This document shows, one piece after another, positions 59,178 through 64,000 of a stretch of 64,000 nt of DNA (the first letter of the stretch is position 1; each line of letters opens with the position of its first letter). The position numbers and the translations under genes are program-made. This DNA comes from Lingula anatina (Eukaryota > Animalia > Brachiopoda). The stretch lies in NCBI GenBank assembly GCA_051362555.1, contig CM120641.1, positions 2,852,001 through 2,916,000 of the forward strand, given 5' to 3'. The notes below the pieces were generated by a model. That model had not been told where the DNA came from. It saw only the letters and a list, made by a program, of their open reading frames with translations, and did not search any database.

Positions 59178-60242
59178 AATAATGTGATTAAAGGTGTCTG
59201 AGCATTTCAGCATTCTTTCCATATAACAAGAATTGATAATATACATAACAGCTATGCCAGACCAGCCACTTGACATCACAAAGAAACAATCTTGTCACGT
59301 GTTGTCACAAGACAAGTCCAAAGCATCATATTTGCTTTGTAACAATAGACAAAATTTAATCATTATCACAGAGTATAGTCAAATACATGTCGAGACATTG
59401 TAAAAGAACATATGCTGTGTTAGCTGACAATTTGGTAAAAATCAGTAAATAAATTGTAGTCAATAACAATTGAATAGCAATATAAAATGATTAAAAATAC
59501 TATCTCAACACATGCCCTATACTGAGAAATATCAAAATTTGAAATTATGGTAGCTGACAAGTTACTGTTTAAGTTCTTACCTTCCTCAACATAGCACCTA
59601 AATGCAGGCCCACTACATGGTATGCAAAAACTTGAAAGTTAAGCATAAGAGTACACTTGTCTGAATAAAGACTTGAGATTTTGTGGTTTTTTGTTCTTTG
59701 TTTATTGACAGAGTGGTTTTATGTGGCATCGTAGTGACAGCATACTAATTAGGCCTGCCCCTTATTTACACTTCTAGTGCAAACACACTCCCACACATGA
59801 TTTTGTTTTATTTAGTTTTATCTTATCACAAACTGGCCAGTGACTGCAATAGTATTTCACCATATCACCTAACTTTCCAGCACAAATGACACTGTTACTG
59901 CAGATAGTAATGGTGATCAATATCAGACACCCTTCTCACATCAACTCAACTAGTCACTAATTAACCAAGAGGACAATGCATGCCAGCCAAGCTAAAACTA
60001 TCTTGAAGCAGCTACTTAATTCAGACTGATCACTTCTACTGATTCAGTTGAATGTGATTATCTTGTTTTTCATTCCTATATCCAGGCCATTGACACTACA
60101 ACCATGTGACTTTCACTTAATTGAAGACTTATCTCTACAGCTTTCATTTATTCTATTGCAGCAAGGTTTTCTTTAAATTTTTCTTTTCTGATTTATAAAT
60201 TAATTTTTTTTTGTAATCTTCATTCTGAGCACAGTTGCCCTA

Positions 60243-60292
<50 letters not shown>

Positions 60293-63200
60293 CTCTTAAA
60301 CTAAGAAGCAAACCTGTACAAACTATTCCTTTTTTCTTTAAATCTTGCATGTCCTTACCCCACTCAGTGCCATCTCCCTGACTCCTTGCTTCGCCAGCCC
60401 CTTCCCCACTCTCTGATACCAAGAAATCAAACTCTGCTAAAGCTTCCTCTGTATCTGGATCAGATAGGACATCCTCCATTCCTGCCATGCTCTCATTTCC
60501 CAGGGCCTGAAACATTGAAGAAAAGATTGATCTTTTTAAAAATGGCCTAAAAGAAAAAGTAACATCTTCACGTATCGACAAACAGTATATCAATGTAAGC
60601 AAAATAATCTAGAATAGTCAAATTTTAATGGAAACAAAGCACAAACCAAGTAATGAAAAATGGAAAGTAAGTGCCATACACTTACTTTTGGTTTTGCCCT
60701 TCTTTTCTCAGCTCTTTCCTCGGCCTCTTCATCAACAGGAACCCCATCTTCATTCTCATCACTGTAAATTATAAAAATAAAATCTTAAAAGCTGTAACAT
60801 GGGTCAAACATATAACTTGAGATGAAGATATCAGATTGTTCCTTCACAAGAATCCATTCCCTATAGTTTATTGTGACCTTCCAATCAAACTGCTCTACTG
60901 AACAAGAAATAAACCAAAGATCTTATCAGTGCAGAATGCTATCAATTTTCAATGACAAAGATTACTCCTGACAAAATGTATGAAAATGTAAAAATATCAC
61001 ACTGAAAACTATACCCATTTAACAAATAATATTTAAAAATAACACACAACTTAATATAATGACATGCAGATATTTAACATCTAATCAATAACAAAAAAGA
61101 AAATAAACAGCAATATCAACAAATGAGTACAAAAAAAACTTAGCAACTATTAACACACTTTCATATTCAATTATCAAATATTGTAAAGTCAGCATCACCC
61201 ATAGCTGGAGAGCTTGAATGAAAACATTTAAGGTTGTTACCAAACTATAGATAGGATACCTCCTTTGCCATGCATCTTCTCTGTACAGTAAGATTTCAAA
61301 CAAAGTGTATAGCATAAGATCTATGTACATGTCCAAGGTTAATAAAAAAGAAATATATATCATATGTACACTGCAAAGTGATCACCCCAAGCAAATCAAA
61401 AACACTGGTACCTGTCATAAAAATCATCACTGAGAGATTGAAGAAAAACAAAATATTGCTTTTCCTTTAGGAAATATCAATGACATGATTTGGACACACA
61501 TTTAGTTGAACATGCATTCAATGTATCGAGGCTAGCAAGCAGATGGTATGTGACTAGTTTGTTTAACTTGTAGGAGTTTTGGTCTTATAGGAAAAGTATT
61601 CCCAGTACTTATAAGAGTGAGGACGAATTTGCCAAATTCTCAAGTTTCTTTTGCCTTCTGAACTCCAGCTCATGTCATCAAAATATTGAAACAATTTTAA
61701 AACATTCTGTTGCTGCCTCTAAATGGACATTGGTTATAGGTACGATTCACCTTTAGTCCATTTCTAATGGCAACACATGGGATACTCTCATGCAAATGTT
61801 TCATGACACTCAAAATGAGTTCTAAATCATTTTTTGTCAATTTTTTTAAGATACATTTTTACTAATAATCAGTTTCGCTATGAAAACTCACCTATCATCC
61901 TCATCATCCACCACATTTTCTGCAGCCAGGAAATCAAATGTGGCCAGCACAGATGCTTCACTATCTATCAGAGGACCTTCTGCTATTGAGGTGGGAATCT
62001 TCTTGCCTTGTATTCTTCAATGTCAAAAATAAAGGAATAGCATACATAAAGGGTTGAGGAAACAGACCTTTGACACTTTAAACCAAAACTGGTTTTGATA
62101 TCAACATTGATATCCTATTCTAATCAAGCTGTGTTCTTTCTGTAATTTGATGCTGTGTTACGGGCTGATTACACCCCAAAAATTGCAATGAAAAACACTG
62201 ACCACAATTTCCTATGAAATTATCTATCATCAATAAATGTGCCATTTTCTGTGAAGCACTTTCAAATCATTCACCTTCTAGCTTGTCCATATTCATTAAG
62301 TCTTGTTTGACCTTTTCCATCTCCATTCACCATGTGTTGGCCTGCTTCAGATTCATTTTCTGACAATGGCTGAAGTCCTAACAGTGACCGCACTCGAGAT
62401 GACCTCACATCTATTATTGTATCCGTGTACCCTATTTCTTGAAGATATCTGAGGAAAAAATATCATGTAATAATTTTTCTGAGCCAGCATCACATCTACC
62501 TATTTATAAATATACTACTTCTATGGAGTCATTTCACCTATGCCACCCATAAATTAACCTAATTTACAGAAGAAATTATTTATTTTTTCTATGCCCTGAA
62601 GCAGATTAAAAAAAAAACCTGTTCAACACTATCTGTCATGTTATAACATGAAGTTCATCTAATTATTTTAAAAACCCATGTGATTCTCAGGTCCCTTTCT
62701 GTCATCATTACTACAATTGTTCTCGCAAGTATGATCATCACAAGATCTTTCCATATCATCAGATGACTTCTTTCCAGTGAAAACAAAGCCAAGAAAATGC
62801 CAATGCTTATGCATTGAGAATCCCTGCTAAGAAAGTAAACACTTTCAAAGTCACCAGTTCCTGCATGCTGAATAATTCAGCAAGTATGGTTATGTATGGC
62901 TCGTAAGTTGTAATATGGGATTATTTAAAGAATAATTAAAGGAAATCTTTGAACTTACTGTCTAAGTAATTGCCGTCCTTGCCTCCAGGAGGCATTGCTG
63001 TTGGAACTTGTAACTGGCTCAGGATCTAAAATTTCTTCTACAAAAGTAAAATAGATAAAAAAACATCATCTATTACGTTGTTTGTGGTTTCATGGATTTC
63101 TATTGGATTTTGGTTTCACGGATTTTCTATTCTATATCTATTTAGTGATAGTTATTACTTATTTCAGAACAAAATATTTATGAAACAGCTACATTTTGTT

Positions 63201-63479
63201 CTTGTCAAAAAAACAACAGAATGTTGGTAGACTGGTGAACGACTCTCACTCTGGGTAGAAACTGGCTCGTTAATTTTTATATAAAACTGAAATAAAGCGG
63301 GCAAAATTCAACATTATCACTACTGGATTACATAAAATTAAGAATGAAAATAAATACAGATAGAACTTCCAATTAGTAGATCTGACTAAACTATACCTTC
63401 TGTTTTCTTGTCAAAGTCTGGTGGTTTTATGTCTGCCTGATTCAGTTCTGTTCCATATTTTAATTTGTGATATTTAGCC
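55069..63479 (-). CDS. STRN3: Striatin (STRN3/SG2NA-like), 5' exons outside the window. Exons 63479-63397, 63037-62959, 62448-62275, 62014-61892, 60761-60686, 60506-60359, 59123-59016, 58751-58629, 58228-58131, 58004-57946, 57644-57528, 57350-57181, 56748-56581, 56336-56205, 55843-55739, 55507-55421, 55238-55069
   Basis: AKYHKLKYGTELNQ, WRQGRQLLRQYLQEIGYTDTIIDVRS, EALAEFDFL, GAGEARSQGDGTEW, KLKEQYKKERKGKKG, RKTWNAKYTLRSHFDGVR, WD40 repeats and the C-terminus ASAGADALAKVFV*. Confidence 0.95.
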
Positions 63480-64000
63480 CTGAAATACAAAACAAGACAT
63501 ATATTCACATTTTTCTTGTACTTTGAGATAATATTTCCTTTTAAGACAATAAGCAAAGCTCACCATTTGAATTTTAAGCAGCTGGATTTAAAACTTTTCA
63601 AACACAATTTGCTGCAACCTACCTTTCTTGTTTTAAAGCAAACTCCAGCATTTTTATTCTGCGTACTAAATCCTGTTTCAGATTTTCTTGTCCTTTTCTC
63701 TCTCCCTGAAGGAATGCTATGCGAGCCTGAAAAGAAACACAAGGAACAAACTTAATGTGCTATCTTATAAAAACAAAACCACTATCAGCTGTCCAAGTTG
63801 AAGCACATGATCCTAAACCTTTATCTTAATCCTTACACTACCCATTAAATATACATGTAGCCAAAACAAAAAACAATAAAATTAAGATTGGGGATAAAAA
63901 AATGTTGATCATCAATTGGCCCTGGACCTGGAACAAGCATAGCCCATATTTCCAGAGTGGAGTCCAGCTGACAAATACAAAGACTTGACATTCAACTTCT

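Noticed and set aside
59581-59612. Possible striatin microexon (minus, VGLHLGAMLRK) with a strong AAG|GTAAG donor
   Set aside because: 32 nt (or 17 nt) does not preserve the phase-1/phase-1 frame unless a rare GAG acceptor is used downstream. It cannot be supported without reads.

Overview
AT-rich animal genomic DNA with spliceosomal introns, probably a lophotrochozoan such as a mollusc (inferred from a perlucin-like lectin, an Aplysia-Apl-II-like PKC and a Helentron-type element). Eight genes strictly alternate in strand: SLC29/ENT 3' end (+), BBOF1/CCDC176 (-), ENTPD5/6 (+), novel PKC epsilon/eta (-), ISCA2 (+), CNIH4 (-), a Mab21/cGAS-like receptor candidate (+) and striatin (-, 5' part outside the window). 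A complete C-type lectin gene is nested on the same strand in BBOF1 intron 1. The main highlights are: a two-exon cGLR-like nucleotidyltransferase with an E/E/E acidic triad that is head-to-head with CNIH4; three duplicated, phase-locked, probably mutually exclusive hinge exons in the PKC; a U12-type minor intron in CNIH4; a complete Helentron-associated element carrying about 146-bp repeats with perfect DR1 motifs; two MITEs; and a BBOF1-ENTPD head-to-head pair matching the human arrangement, with CTCF-like and X-box-like motifs in the shared promoter. Exon boundaries were read by eye. No transcript or database evidence was available.
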